Below the pieces are notes generated by a model. The model saw nothing but the letters and a program-made list of their open reading frames with translations. It was not told where the DNA came from and made no database searches. Positions 8,591-17,752 of a DNA stretch of 64,000 nucleotides are shown in pieces. The position numbers and the translations under genes are program-made. Every line of letters begins with the position of its first letter. Positions within the stretch are counted from its first letter, which is position 1. The stretch lies in IMG/VR virus record IMGVR_UViG_3300044274_000305; one strand, written 5' to 3'. This DNA comes from a virus.

Positions 8591-9301
8591 TTACCAGGTA
8601 AGGGTAGGGGTAACGAATCTTCTCACCAGAGCAACAATTCGAACCTCTTCATCATCTGAGTCAGATGGAAAGGTGATTGCCTTGAATTCCGGGTTGGTCG
8701 AGCGCGGCAAAAGCCGCCAATTGCCCGGTTCCCCGTCGATTTGCTTGATTGTCGTCTCATAGAGTCCGTGCCGGCTTCGCTCGGCGACCACAAGCATTCC
8801 GGCCTTCGGCTCGAGGCCGATATCGTTCCAGAGCAGGCAGACCGCGAAGCCGCCATCCGGGCAGATCAGGTTTATCGAATCGCCGACAACCCGGAAGGCG
8901 ATCGGCTGAAGGCTTGGGAAATTGGGATCGGCCACACATGGCACCTGGTCGAGCTCTGCCAGATCGATCTCATCGGAGAACTCGTCGATTTCCATCCAGA
9001 TGCCGGCGCGGACATCGCCGATGATGGGCGCTGTCTTGATGTTTGCCGTCGCCGGTCCGCCGACGCTTTGCGAGTCGCCGGTGAGATAGGCCAGGTCACA
9101 CTCCAGCGCCTTGGCGATTTTCCTGAGCGTGTTTTCCCGCGGACTGCGTGACCGGCCGTCGAGAATATCGCGAACCGCAGTGGGTCCGAGCTCAGCCTTG
9201 TCCGATACGGCCCTGGGGTTTGTTCCGAGCTGCGCGATCCGGGCGCGGATCCGCTTCTGGAGCAAGGTCTCACCCTGGCCGTCATGGGAATCGTCACTCA
9301 T
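8591..9301 (-). CDS. cI: CI-like repressor (XRE HTH + S24 peptidase)
   Basis: HTH at RAVSDKAELGPTAVRDILDGRS; FRVVGDS Ser motif and TIK Lys; start re-called at ATG 9301 (AAAGG SD). Confidence 0.9.
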   Translation of the reverse strand: MSDDSHDGQGETLLQKRIRARIAQLGTNPRAVSDKAELGPTAVRDILDGRSRSPRENTLRKIAKALECDLAYLTGDSQSVGGPATANIKTAPIIGDVRAGIWMEIDEFSDEIDLAELDQVPCVADPNFPSLQPIAFRVVGDSINLICPDGGFAVCLLWNDIGLEPKAGMLVVAERSRHGLYETTIKQIDGEPGNWRLLPRSTNPEFKAITFPSDSDDEEVRIVALVRRFVTPTLTW

Positions 9302-9363
9302 ACTAAGCCTTTCCATCCACTCTATTTCCCACGGATTATCGCAGGAATACTCGATTTCCACGA

Positions 9364-9408
9364 ATGGGAAGTTTCACTCTTGACGAGTGGGAAAAATCCC
9401 ATTACCGT
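9364..9408 (+). promoter_or_regulatory. PR-like promoter with operator in the spacer
   Basis: TTGACG (9380-9385)-agtgggaaaaatcccat-TACCGT (9403-9408); degenerate box atgggaagtttcac at 9364. Confidence 0.8.
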
Positions 9409-9436
9409 GATGATAAATCACATAGAGGCAACCGAT

Positions 9437-9700
9437 ATGAGTGAAGGTGATCCCCGGCGCGAGGTCGACGAAACCATTTTGCGCATGCGTGATCAGCTTC
9501 TTGAGAACGCGGTCAAGTATGGCGCCCGGCAAGGCGTTTCTCTGTCCACGGTCTCAAAACTAGTTGCCGACGATGGGAAGTTTCTTCCCGGGCTCAAGGG
9601 AAAAGGCCCGGAAGATATCAGCCTTACCGTCGGCAAGTACCGGAAGGTGATGAACAAGCTGTTCGATCTGCTTGAATCTCCGTCCGGCAGTAAGGAGTAA
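9437..9700 (+). CDS. Cro-like regulator
   Basis: Divergent from cI; GVSLSTVSKLVADDGKFL HTH-like segment. Confidence 0.65.
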   Translation: MSEGDPRREVDETILRMRDQLLENAVKYGARQGVSLSTVSKLVADDGKFLPGLKGKGPEDISLTVGKYRKVMNKLFDLLESPSGSKE

Positions 9701-9719
9701 ATCACAGGAGGGCTGACGA

Positions 9720-10097
9720 ATGGGTACTAAAACGATACTTTTTCGTGACCTTTCCTGTCCCAATCTGGCCCGTGAAGCCGCACTTGATCTGGCGAACCGG
9801 GCAATCAGCAACCAGGAAGTCCTTTCCGGATCCCGAACAAGGGCGATCGATGATCTGTCCGAGGCCTACGGTTTCCAGTCGTTCCTGAAAAAGCTGATCA
9901 AGGGACAGGGCGTTTCGCTTCACCTCCACCTCTATGTCCGTCTCTGCCAGGCCGTGGAAGACACCGCGGACCGGCTCGAGCGGAAAATTGAGCACGACAG
10001 ACTGATCTCCAGGGCGGCGCGGGGTGAGCATGCGGCTAATCAAGGCACTCAAGAGACTTCTTATGGCCGTGGCGGTGTTGCTTCGCCGGCGGTTTGA
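9720..10097 (+). CDS. hypothetical protein in the CII position
   Basis: 125 aa, GGAGG SD, follows cro. Confidence 0.6.
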   Translation: MGTKTILFRDLSCPNLAREAALDLANRAISNQEVLSGSRTRAIDDLSEAYGFQSFLKKLIKGQGVSLHLHLYVRLCQAVEDTADRLERKIEHDRLISRAARGEHAANQGTQETSYGRGGVASPAV

Positions 10098-10124
10098 GAA
10101 GGCCTTCTTCAATCGAATTTCCAG

Positions 10125-10748
10125 GTGGACGTGATGGTTGGCAAATTCAGACCATGTTCCGTACAGGGTTGTGATCGGGATGCCAACAAAGGTTCCCGCG
10201 GGTGGTGTTCCGCCCATTATCAGCGTTGGCGCACCCACGGAGATCCACTCGGCGGCAGAACAATGGTCGGAGCCCCAGCCGCGTGGCTCGAAGGAGTGGC
10301 GCTGCCTCATTCAGGTTTTGGATGCCTGATTTGGCCGTTCTCTCGTGATGGGAACGGGTATGGGAAGATCCACCTAGACGGCAAATTTCTCATTGTGTCA
10401 CGACTAGTTTGTGAGCGCATCTATGGGCCTCCTCCAAGTGCCTCTCATGAGGCAGCGCATGCGTGTGGCAACGGTCATCTTGGCTGCGTTCATCCCGGTC
10501 ATTTGGCATGGAAAACACCCGCAGAAAATGAGGCGGATAAGGTTGAACACGGGACCGTCGCGCTCGGTGAGCGCCATGGCCACAGCAAGCTAACGATCGA
10601 TCAAGTTCGTCGTATTCGGTCGATGGTTTCAGATGGCAATGCGCAATCCGACGTCGCCATTTCGTTCGGCGTTCACCAGGTCACGGTGAGCGACATTGTT
10701 ACTGGCCGAACTTGGTCGTGGACCTCGGGTGCGGAGGTCTGCAAGTGA
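10125..10748 (+). CDS. HNH (homing-type) endonuclease with C-terminal HTH
   Basis: CLIWPF..DGNGYG, AAHACGNGHLGCVHPGHLAWKTPAEN. Confidence 0.8.
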   Translation: MDVMVGKFRPCSVQGCDRDANKGSRGWCSAHYQRWRTHGDPLGGRTMVGAPAAWLEGVALPHSGFGCLIWPFSRDGNGYGKIHLDGKFLIVSRLVCERIYGPPPSASHEAAHACGNGHLGCVHPGHLAWKTPAENEADKVEHGTVALGERHGHSKLTIDQVRRIRSMVSDGNAQSDVAISFGVHQVTVSDIVTGRTWSWTSGAEVCK

Positions 10749-11320
10749 GCTGGCCTTTCGGAGATCTTCAGCCTTTTTCTTACGACTTTATCATGGCCGA
10801 TCCTCATTGGCGGTTTGAGACCTGGTCTGAAAAAGGGCGCATGTCCAAAGGGCCTGACCGGCATTACGAAACCGAGTCGATAACTGAAATCGTCGAAACA
10901 TTTCCCATAGGACACCTGGCGAGAGAAACATGCTTGCTGTGGCTTTGGGGAACCCATCCGGCAATAGATCAGCAGATTGCTGCAGGTCGGGCTTGGGGCT
11001 TCAAATTCGTTACGTCCGGGGTCTGGGTAAAGCGAACCAAAAACGGAAAACTCGCGTTCGGTACCGGCTACCGACTGCGCAGCGCCTCGGAACCATTTCT
11101 TCTTTTCACCATGGGTAATCCGGAGACCGTGCCGGTCGTTCGGACCGTCATCGAAGGCCCTGTGCGTGAGCACTCCCGGAAACCTGACGAGGCCTATGTC
11201 GAGGCGGAACGGCTGATGCCGAACGCCTTCCGGCGCGCGGATCTCTTCAGCCGTGAGGACCGGCCGGGATGGCACGCCTTCGGCGACGAGGCCGGTAAAT
11301 TCAACAGGAGCGCAGCGTGA
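10745..11320 (+). CDS. MT-A70 family adenine methyltransferase
   Basis: YDFIMADPHW, CLLWLW, AWGFKFVT, HSRKPDE, DLFSRE; GTG start at 10745. Confidence 0.8.
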   Translation: MSWPFGDLQPFSYDFIMADPHWRFETWSEKGRMSKGPDRHYETESITEIVETFPIGHLARETCLLWLWGTHPAIDQQIAAGRAWGFKFVTSGVWVKRTKNGKLAFGTGYRLRSASEPFLLFTMGNPETVPVVRTVIEGPVREHSRKPDEAYVEAERLMPNAFRRADLFSREDRPGWHAFGDEAGKFNRSAA

Positions 11321-12048
11321 CGCCTGATCTCTTCTCAGACCCCCTCACGATAGCACAGGTAACGCAATCTCTACGGGTCTTAGTTGGTTGCGAGCGAACC
11401 GGAACGGTGCGGGACGCGTTCCTTGCCCTCGGTCATGACGCCTATTCCTGTGACCTTCAGCCCGATGAGCGCGGCAGCAATCGCCACATACGCGACGATG
11501 TTCGCAATCATCTGCATGACGGATGGGATCTACTGATCATCGCTCACCCGCCCTGCACCCGGCTTTGCCGCTCCGGCCGCCGCTGGCTTTCAGGCCCAGG
11601 CCACTTGACGCCGCCGAAGAAGCTCCCGAAGGGGCGCACCTGGGAGAGCATGAAGAAGGAATTCTTCGATGGCGTCGACCTGTTCACGGCTTGCTGGAAA
11701 GCGCCGGTCCCGCGAAAGGCGATTGAAAATCCGGTCATGCATGACATCGCGAAGGCGTACATGCCTGCCGATCTTCCCGCGCCGCACATCGTGCAACCCT
11801 TCTGGTTCGGTCATCCGGAATACAAGGCGACAGGCTGGTATCTGTTCGGCCTTCCCGAGCTTGTCGAAACCGAACGCCTTCCGGAGCCCGAGAAAGGTTC
11901 CGACGAATGGAAGACATGGAACCGCGTCTGGCGGATGCCGCCCGGAAGTGATCGTGGCGACGAGCGCAGCCGGTTCTTCCCAGCGATGGCCGCCGCGATG
12001 GCTGACCAGTGGGGTGGGTGGGCAATGGCAGAGGAGTTGGCAGCGTAA
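11317..12048 (+). CDS. short phage C5-cytosine methyltransferase-like protein
   Basis: RVLVGCERTGTVRDAF, SCDL, IAHPPCT, AIENPV, AMADQWG. Confidence 0.75.
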   Translation: MTPDLFSDPLTIAQVTQSLRVLVGCERTGTVRDAFLALGHDAYSCDLQPDERGSNRHIRDDVRNHLHDGWDLLIIAHPPCTRLCRSGRRWLSGPGHLTPPKKLPKGRTWESMKKEFFDGVDLFTACWKAPVPRKAIENPVMHDIAKAYMPADLPAPHIVQPFWFGHPEYKATGWYLFGLPELVETERLPEPEKGSDEWKTWNRVWRMPPGSDRGDERSRFFPAMAAAMADQWGGWAMAEELAA

Positions 12049-12728
12049 TGCCGGCCCACCGTTCCTCGGCTGAAGCAGAGATCCGTGATGCCGTTGTGGC
12101 GCGGCTGCGTGTGTTGCGGCCCGACGCCAGGATCATGCACGAGATCAACAGCTGTCTCGGCGGGAACCGGATTGACGTGTTGGCCGTATCGCCGGCCGAT
12201 ATTGTTGCTGTTGAGATCAAGTCCAAAAAAGACAAACTGGACCGATTGCCGGCTCAGATAAAGGCGATGCAAGGCGTCGCACATGTCGCTGTATCAGCCC
12301 TGCACGAGAAGTTTTGCCCAGAGAATCTGGGAAGCCTGCACTACTGCGATTATGAACGCTCTGGCGAATTTTACCGGCGCGATCGCCCGAAAGAGGCGGG
12401 CTATTCAAAGGTTTGGGCCTACGCCGGCGTGAAAGCCAAGACCTATAGATCTTATCGCACCTCGCTATTCCGTTGGGATCTGCCCGATGTGGCGGTCCAA
12501 AAGCCGCTTCCTGCAGATGCGATTCACATCCTGTGGTCCGACGAACTGCGCTGGCTTTGCTCCAAGCTGCGGATCGATGCGCCAAAGAGGTCGAACAATC
12601 AACGACTGAAAAACAGCATCCGATGGTTGGCAACCGGTGGGGAGGTTACCCGCGGGATTTGCGCCGCGCTGCGCCGGCGTGAATGTGTCGAGGCTGATTC
12701 CGCCATCTCGGATGAATGGAGACCTTAG
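12048..12728 (+). CDS. PD-(D/E)XK nuclease-like protein (Sce7726/MmcB-like)
   Basis: HEI..RIDVLAV..AVEIKSKKDKLDRL..Q. Confidence 0.6.
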   Translation: MPAHRSSAEAEIRDAVVARLRVLRPDARIMHEINSCLGGNRIDVLAVSPADIVAVEIKSKKDKLDRLPAQIKAMQGVAHVAVSALHEKFCPENLGSLHYCDYERSGEFYRRDRPKEAGYSKVWAYAGVKAKTYRSYRTSLFRWDLPDVAVQKPLPADAIHILWSDELRWLCSKLRIDAPKRSNNQRLKNSIRWLATGGEVTRGICAALRRRECVEADSAISDEWRP

Positions 12729-12732
12729 AGTT

Positions 12733-12951
12733 ATGACCAGATCAGAAATCCTATCGAAAATGAAGTCTGAAGAGCCCCGGATTATTTGGGCAACGATGCA
12801 ACTCGGCGGCAACAACAAGCAGCTTTACGCCATGGAAGATGCAGGACTGATTTCATCGCAGGCTCGCTACGGCGGCAGTCTGCCTCAACGCAACTGGTAT
12901 CTGACCGAAGATCAATGGTCAGCGATAAAGGATTATCGGCCAGTAGAATGA
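12733..12951 (+). CDS. hypothetical protein
   Basis: ATG 12733, coupled to the next gene. Confidence 0.5.
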   Translation: MTRSEILSKMKSEEPRIIWATMQLGGNNKQLYAMEDAGLISSQARYGGSLPQRNWYLTEDQWSAIKDYRPVE

Positions 12952-13145
12952 TCCATCTCTCCCCCCTCGAAATCCGCGACGCCGTGAAACGTCTCGGCAG
13001 CACGCTTGCCGTGGCTGAGGCGCTGAACGCCACCGAAGCGGAAATCTGGAATGCGTTGCCGGCGGACCGGCACGAGCAGCTGCGGTGGTTCGCAGCACAT
13101 AGAAGCCGGGAGCTTGAAGCTCGGACCGGCAGCCATCAACCGTAA
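12948..13145 (+). CDS. small HTH-like protein
   Basis: AVKRLGSTLAVAEALNATEAEIWNAL. Confidence 0.5.
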   Translation: MIHLSPLEIRDAVKRLGSTLAVAEALNATEAEIWNALPADRHEQLRWFAAHRSRELEARTGSHQP

Positions 13146-13156
13146 AGGAAAACGAA

Positions 13157-13744
13157 ATGGCAAAACAGGAAGCAGGGCAGGGCCACAACAGCGGGCTCAC
13201 TGAAACCCAGGAGCGCGCGCTGTTCTTCGATCACCTGAACAAGATCCAGGCTTCGAAGGCAGAACTTGAGAAGATGAAAGCCTCTCATGCCCGGCTCTTC
13301 AAAGCGGCAAAGGCTGATGGGATCACCAAGAAGGATCTCGAATACGCCCTCCGCCTCCGGTCCGATGACAGCAACGGCGAAGAACTGCTTGAAGAGCGCC
13401 GCCGCGAAATCCGGATCGCGAAGTGGCTCCAGCATCCCGTCGGCACACAAATGGACATGTTCGACAAGGACCGGTCCACCGCCGAGGAAAAGGCCTTCGA
13501 ACTCGGCAAGAACGCCGGCATGGAAGGTAAGGCATGCATTGCTCCCTACGACGGATCGACAAAGCAGGCTCAGGCCTGGATCAAGGGCTGGCATGAAGGG
13601 CAGGCCGCGATCTTCGATATCAGGAAGATAAAAACCGAGGAGGAGGCCCCGATCGTCAAGACCGCTGCGGCGCCGGAAGGTGCGAGCGACGACGACGACT
13701 TCAACGAGGCCATCGCCGAAACGGAAGACAGCGGAGACGCGTGA
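13157..13744 (+). CDS. GapR/DUF2312-like N-terminal domain plus RMF-like C-terminal motif
   Basis: GHNS..LFKAAKADG; AFELGKNAGMEGK..PY..AQAWIKGWHEG; acidic tail. Confidence 0.55.
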   Translation: MAKQEAGQGHNSGLTETQERALFFDHLNKIQASKAELEKMKASHARLFKAAKADGITKKDLEYALRLRSDDSNGEELLEERRREIRIAKWLQHPVGTQMDMFDKDRSTAEEKAFELGKNAGMEGKACIAPYDGSTKQAQAWIKGWHEGQAAIFDIRKIKTEEEAPIVKTAAAPEGASDDDDFNEAIAETEDSGDA

Positions 13745-14385
13745 TGCCGCTGATCTATGGAGGTCTCGATATCTCCAAGACATGCACCGGATGGGGAATC
13801 GTCGGACCGGGCCAGAAAGAGGCCGGCGCGTGGCGATGCCCCGTCAAGGCTCCGTTCCATCTCAAACGTGGCGCGATCGATGCCGGGTACGCCGGAGACG
13901 TCGCGGACTGGTATTCCCGGCAGGTTGCCTCGTGGCTCGCTGTCTACAAGCCGAACATGGTCGCGATCGAGCAACCGATGCCCGGCAACAGCGGTCGGAC
14001 CAAGACCGAGGTGGACACCTCGTCCGAATGGGCCGGCCAGGCGGTGAAAAAGGTGAAGGTCGGCGGCACGTCCTTCGACGTCACCCATTTCCTGCATGGT
14101 CTGGCGATGGAGGCGGCGCGGCTGTGCCGGGCCCGGAACATCGAGGTGGTCTATGTCGCGTCGCAGACGTGGCGCGGCAAGGAAGGCCTTGGCATCGGCA
14201 CCCCGCCAAAGGGCGTGGACGATCGCACGGCCTGGTACAAGAAGCAGGCGAAGCTTTACGCCAAGGCGGACGGTCTTGAGCTCAGCTCCGGCGACGCGGC
14301 CGAAGGCTTCTGCATTGCCACCTATCTCCGAAATCAGCGCGAGCAGCCGCACGGATTGTTCCCCGGGCTGCCCGCTGTTGGCTGA
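13744..14385 (+). CDS. RuvC-like Holliday junction resolvase
   Basis: GGLDISKTCTGWG, VAIEQP, GDAAEG. Confidence 0.7.
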   Translation: MPLIYGGLDISKTCTGWGIVGPGQKEAGAWRCPVKAPFHLKRGAIDAGYAGDVADWYSRQVASWLAVYKPNMVAIEQPMPGNSGRTKTEVDTSSEWAGQAVKKVKVGGTSFDVTHFLHGLAMEAARLCRARNIEVVYVASQTWRGKEGLGIGTPPKGVDDRTAWYKKQAKLYAKADGLELSSGDAAEGFCIATYLRNQREQPHGLFPGLPAVG

Positions 14386-14446
14386 CCACGAGCCTGTCGT
14401 GGGAGCCGGGTTCTGGAAGGTCCGGCGGTCTTCAAGCACAACTTGG

Positions 14447-14470
14447 CCGGGCTCGTCCCGGCCGCCTTTT
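14447..14470 (+). terminator. possible intrinsic terminator
   Basis: ggccggg-ctcg-tcccggcc followed by gcctttt. Confidence 0.35.
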
Positions 14471-14483
14471 CTGACCGGTAGCC

Positions 14484-14690
14484 ATGCCTGATTTCGATCT
14501 CTACGACGTCCAGATCTATCTCGGTGAATTGCAGCGCCGGGCCACCAGGTCCGACGGCGCGGTACCGGCGCAGCTCGTGCTTTGCTTCGAGGGTGAAGAG
14601 GTCATCAAGTTCCGGGAAATGCTGAAGGCGGCAGAGGGAGCGGTCCGGAAGGCTGAAATCATGTCCGTCAATCATCGGGGGCGCCGATGA
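14484..14690 (+). CDS. hypothetical protein
   Basis: 68 aa ORF, ATGA-coupled to the primase. Confidence 0.5.
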   Translation: MPDFDLYDVQIYLGELQRRATRSDGAVPAQLVLCFEGEEVIKFREMLKAAEGAVRKAEIMSVNHRGRR

Positions 14691-15865
14691 GATACGACGA
14701 TGCCGACGAGATCTCACGGCTCCTGGTCAACAATCTGGAGAGCGTCCTCAATGACCTCTACCCGGGCTGGCAGGAGGTAAAGGGGCAAGCGCTCCTGACG
14801 CCGCAGATCAAGAACGGGCGGGTTTCCTCCTCGTTTCAGATTCATCTCCGTGGCGATCGCCGCGGCCAGTGGTACCGCCATTCCCAGAAAGTCGGCGGCC
14901 ATGCCCTCAACCTGGTCGCCTATGCCCTCACAGGGCGGGAGAAGGGCAAGGACGAGTACCGGGAAGCGTTCCAATGGTCCCGGAACTTCTTCGGCCTGCA
15001 GGGCGCCCGGCAGGAAAGCCCGGAGGATCGGCAGGAACGGGAACGCCGGCAGGCACGGGAGCGGGCCGACCGGGAGAGGAAGCAGGCCGCTCAGGCTGCC
15101 CAGGCGCAGCGCAAGAAGGAATTCAAGGCACAGACATCGAACGAGATCGCCCAGGAGTGCGCCCCGATCGGCGGCACACTGGCAGAGAAATACCTCGTTC
15201 CCATCCGTGGTCTTCCACCCCTGTCGTTGTGGCCAAACGATCAACGGGAAAATATCGGGTTTCATCCGGCACTTGAATACGACACGGCCGAGTTCGTCGA
15301 GTTCGATCAGAGTGGACGAAAAATCAAGTCCGGCCCGCTGTTGCCGGCACTCGTGTTCTTCATCCGGGACATGGTCGGCGACATCGTCGCTCTGCAGCGC
15401 GTGTTTCTGGATCCTGACACCGGCGACAAGATCACCAAGACGCGGCGCGAGTTTGCCCAGGACAAGGTGCAATTCGGTTCCCTGCAGGGCGGTGCGTGCC
15501 GGATCGGCGGCGACGGGCCGCGCATCGGCAGCCAGGAAGGCGGAGAGACGGCCTTGGCGAATTGGGCTCTTCACCAGTTCCGGTACCCGCAGTGGGCCAT
15601 GATCTCGACATCCGGGATGATCGGTTTCGAGCCGCCGGCGTTCGTGGAGCGCGTCGATATCTTCCCGGACGGAGACTACGCCAACAAGGATTACGGCGAT
15701 CGGGCGGCCCGGGACGAGCGCCCGCCGCCTGGTCTCTACGCCGGCCGGAAGTTGCGGGACAACCTTCTCCGGATCGGGGTCAAGGCAATTCTGAACGACG
15801 ACACCCCGATCAAGGGGGATGGATTGGATCAATGGAAGGTCTGGAAAAAACATGAACACGCCTGA
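14687..15865 (+). CDS. phage DNA primase-like (Toprim) protein
   Basis: LAEKYL..RGL, ALQRVFLDP, EGGETALA, DIFPDGD. Confidence 0.7.
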   Translation: MRYDDADEISRLLVNNLESVLNDLYPGWQEVKGQALLTPQIKNGRVSSSFQIHLRGDRRGQWYRHSQKVGGHALNLVAYALTGREKGKDEYREAFQWSRNFFGLQGARQESPEDRQERERRQARERADRERKQAAQAAQAQRKKEFKAQTSNEIAQECAPIGGTLAEKYLVPIRGLPPLSLWPNDQRENIGFHPALEYDTAEFVEFDQSGRKIKSGPLLPALVFFIRDMVGDIVALQRVFLDPDTGDKITKTRREFAQDKVQFGSLQGGACRIGGDGPRIGSQEGGETALANWALHQFRYPQWAMISTSGMIGFEPPAFVERVDIFPDGDYANKDYGDRAARDERPPPGLYAGRKLRDNLLRIGVKAILNDDTPIKGDGLDQWKVWKKHEHA

Positions 15866-17213
15866 AGCTCCAGCAAATCTGATGGCGGAGAAAGCTGTTC
15901 TCGGCTCGGTGCTTTCGGGGCCGGAGGCATTCTTCAGCATTTCGGAAGTGCTACAGCCGCAGCATTTCTATCGTCCGATAAACGCGAAGATCTTCGAGGC
16001 GATCAGGGATATCTACGGCGCCAATCAGAAATTCAGCCTGCACAGAGTTGTCGCAAGTGTCGGGGACGAGTTCGATGATGGCAAGTCGACGATCTCGTAC
16101 CTGACAGCGCTTCTCCGGGATGCCGATGACAGCGAGCTCAACCCGCTGGACTTCGTCGAGGACATTGTCGAGGCATGGCAGCGCCGGAAGATCGGAGAGT
16201 TGGAGTCCTGGGTTTCCAAGGAAGCCAGGAAGAGGGAAACGATACCGGCCGATCTCCTCGACCAGATGGTGGACCGGATCGACGCGATCAAGCAGAACTC
16301 CCAATCCGTGCCGCTCAAGTCCATCGGGCAATTCGCACGAGAAGCCTTCATTTCGTCGAAGCGGGCCCAGGAGACGGGGGAAAGCGTCGGTTTCGATACC
16401 GGGCTGCCCACGCTGGACTCGATGCTCGGCCGGCAGCAGCGAGGCGACTTCGGCGTTATCGGTGCGGCCCAGGGCGATGGCAAGACAGTGATCGGTGCCC
16501 AGGTCTTGCGCCGAATAGCGCTCTTCCAGCCCACGATCTTCTTTCAGCTCGAAATGGCCGGCGAAGACATGGCCCGGCGGGCGATGGCGGGAGAGGCGAA
16601 TGTCTCGGTCTCGGAGATCGAGGAAGGCAATTATGACCTGATGGCCCTCGAAGAGCTGAAGAATGCGGCCGACAAGCTCGATAACGAACGGCTGTTCATC
16701 GACGATCGGCCGAAATTGAACTTCGACCAGATCCGGGACCGCATTTGGCGGACGCACAAGACCATGGGGCTTGGAGCCGTGGTGATCGACCACCTCCGGC
16801 TGATCCGGACCAGGCAGAAATTCCCGAACAAATTCGACCGGATCGAATGGATCACGGGTGAACTGAAGGCGCTGGCCAAGGAAACCAAGGTCAACATCAT
16901 CACGCTTGCACAGCGGACCAGAACCTCGCAGCGCCGCGACGATTGCGCCCCCCAGATCACCGACTTCGACGGCGGATCGTCGATCGAGCAGGACGCGGAC
17001 TGGATCATCGGGCTTGCCCGCCGGGATCGGTGGCTCGCTCAGCGCCGGCCGTCGACGGATCAGGAGAGCCGGGAATACCAGAAGTGGCTCGAGGAATACC
17101 GCGAAGCCAAGGGGCGCATCGAGATCTACATCCTCAAGCGCCGGCGCGGTGAAGACGGGGCAATGGAGAAATTTCTGTTCAACGGCCGGCAAGGTCGCAT
17201 TGAAGAACTGTAG
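15852..17213 (+). CDS. dnaB: DnaB-like replicative helicase
   Basis: AEKAVLGSVL, Walker A GAAQGDGKT, FQLEM, VVIDHL, SSIEQDAD. Confidence 0.9.
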   Translation: MNTPEAPANLMAEKAVLGSVLSGPEAFFSISEVLQPQHFYRPINAKIFEAIRDIYGANQKFSLHRVVASVGDEFDDGKSTISYLTALLRDADDSELNPLDFVEDIVEAWQRRKIGELESWVSKEARKRETIPADLLDQMVDRIDAIKQNSQSVPLKSIGQFAREAFISSKRAQETGESVGFDTGLPTLDSMLGRQQRGDFGVIGAAQGDGKTVIGAQVLRRIALFQPTIFFQLEMAGEDMARRAMAGEANVSVSEIEEGNYDLMALEELKNAADKLDNERLFIDDRPKLNFDQIRDRIWRTHKTMGLGAVVIDHLRLIRTRQKFPNKFDRIEWITGELKALAKETKVNIITLAQRTRTSQRRDDCAPQITDFDGGSSIEQDADWIIGLARRDRWLAQRRPSTDQESREYQKWLEEYREAKGRIEIYILKRRRGEDGAMEKFLFNGRQGRIEEL

Positions 17214-17223
17214 GAGAAAGGCA

Positions 17224-17514
17224 ATGGCAGGCTGTGTGGTTCAAGTTTGGTTCGGGCATGAAGCGGAGCGGAAGGATTTCAACCGGCCGCCGTTCAGCCT
17301 GGTCGAGACCGACTTCGCGGACTTCGAGCAATTCCTGGAGGCATGCGCCGACAACCGGATGATCTGCGGATCCGAGCTCTGGTCGAAATGGGGCTTCAAC
17401 AAGGGGGAGCGGATCGTGACCAAGCGTGTCCCGATCGGATTCCGCGGTGAAGCGATCATCCGGGCTCAGCTGCCGACCTGGAGCATCGTTGAACTGGAAG
17501 AGGACGACGGCTGA
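17224..17514 (+). CDS. hypothetical protein
   Basis: ATG 17224 with GGAG SD. Confidence 0.55.
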   Translation: MAGCVVQVWFGHEAERKDFNRPPFSLVETDFADFEQFLEACADNRMICGSELWSKWGFNKGERIVTKRVPIGFRGEAIIRAQLPTWSIVELEEDDG

Positions 17515-17516
17515 CC

Positions 17517-17741
17517 ATGGCGCCGTCGATCGTCAAGAGGCTCGAGCGTGGCGACGTTCTGCACATGGCGTTTGTCGACGGCAAGCGGGTGTGGTGGTTC
17601 GACTGTCCCTATCAGCCGGTCAGCGACAGCGCGGTTCATCGCGCCGGCCATCACGTCCAATTGGTGGAAGCCGGCGATTCCCTCTTCAACCTTCGGAACA
17701 ACTCCCAAACCTGGATGGCCGCCCGCGGCGGCGTGCAATAG
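17517..17741 (+). CDS. hypothetical protein
   Basis: 74 aa ORF in the operon. Confidence 0.55.
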   Translation: MAPSIVKRLERGDVLHMAFVDGKRVWWFDCPYQPVSDSAVHRAGHHVQLVEAGDSLFNLRNNSQTWMAARGGVQ

Positions 17742-17752
17742 CGTGGTGGAAT

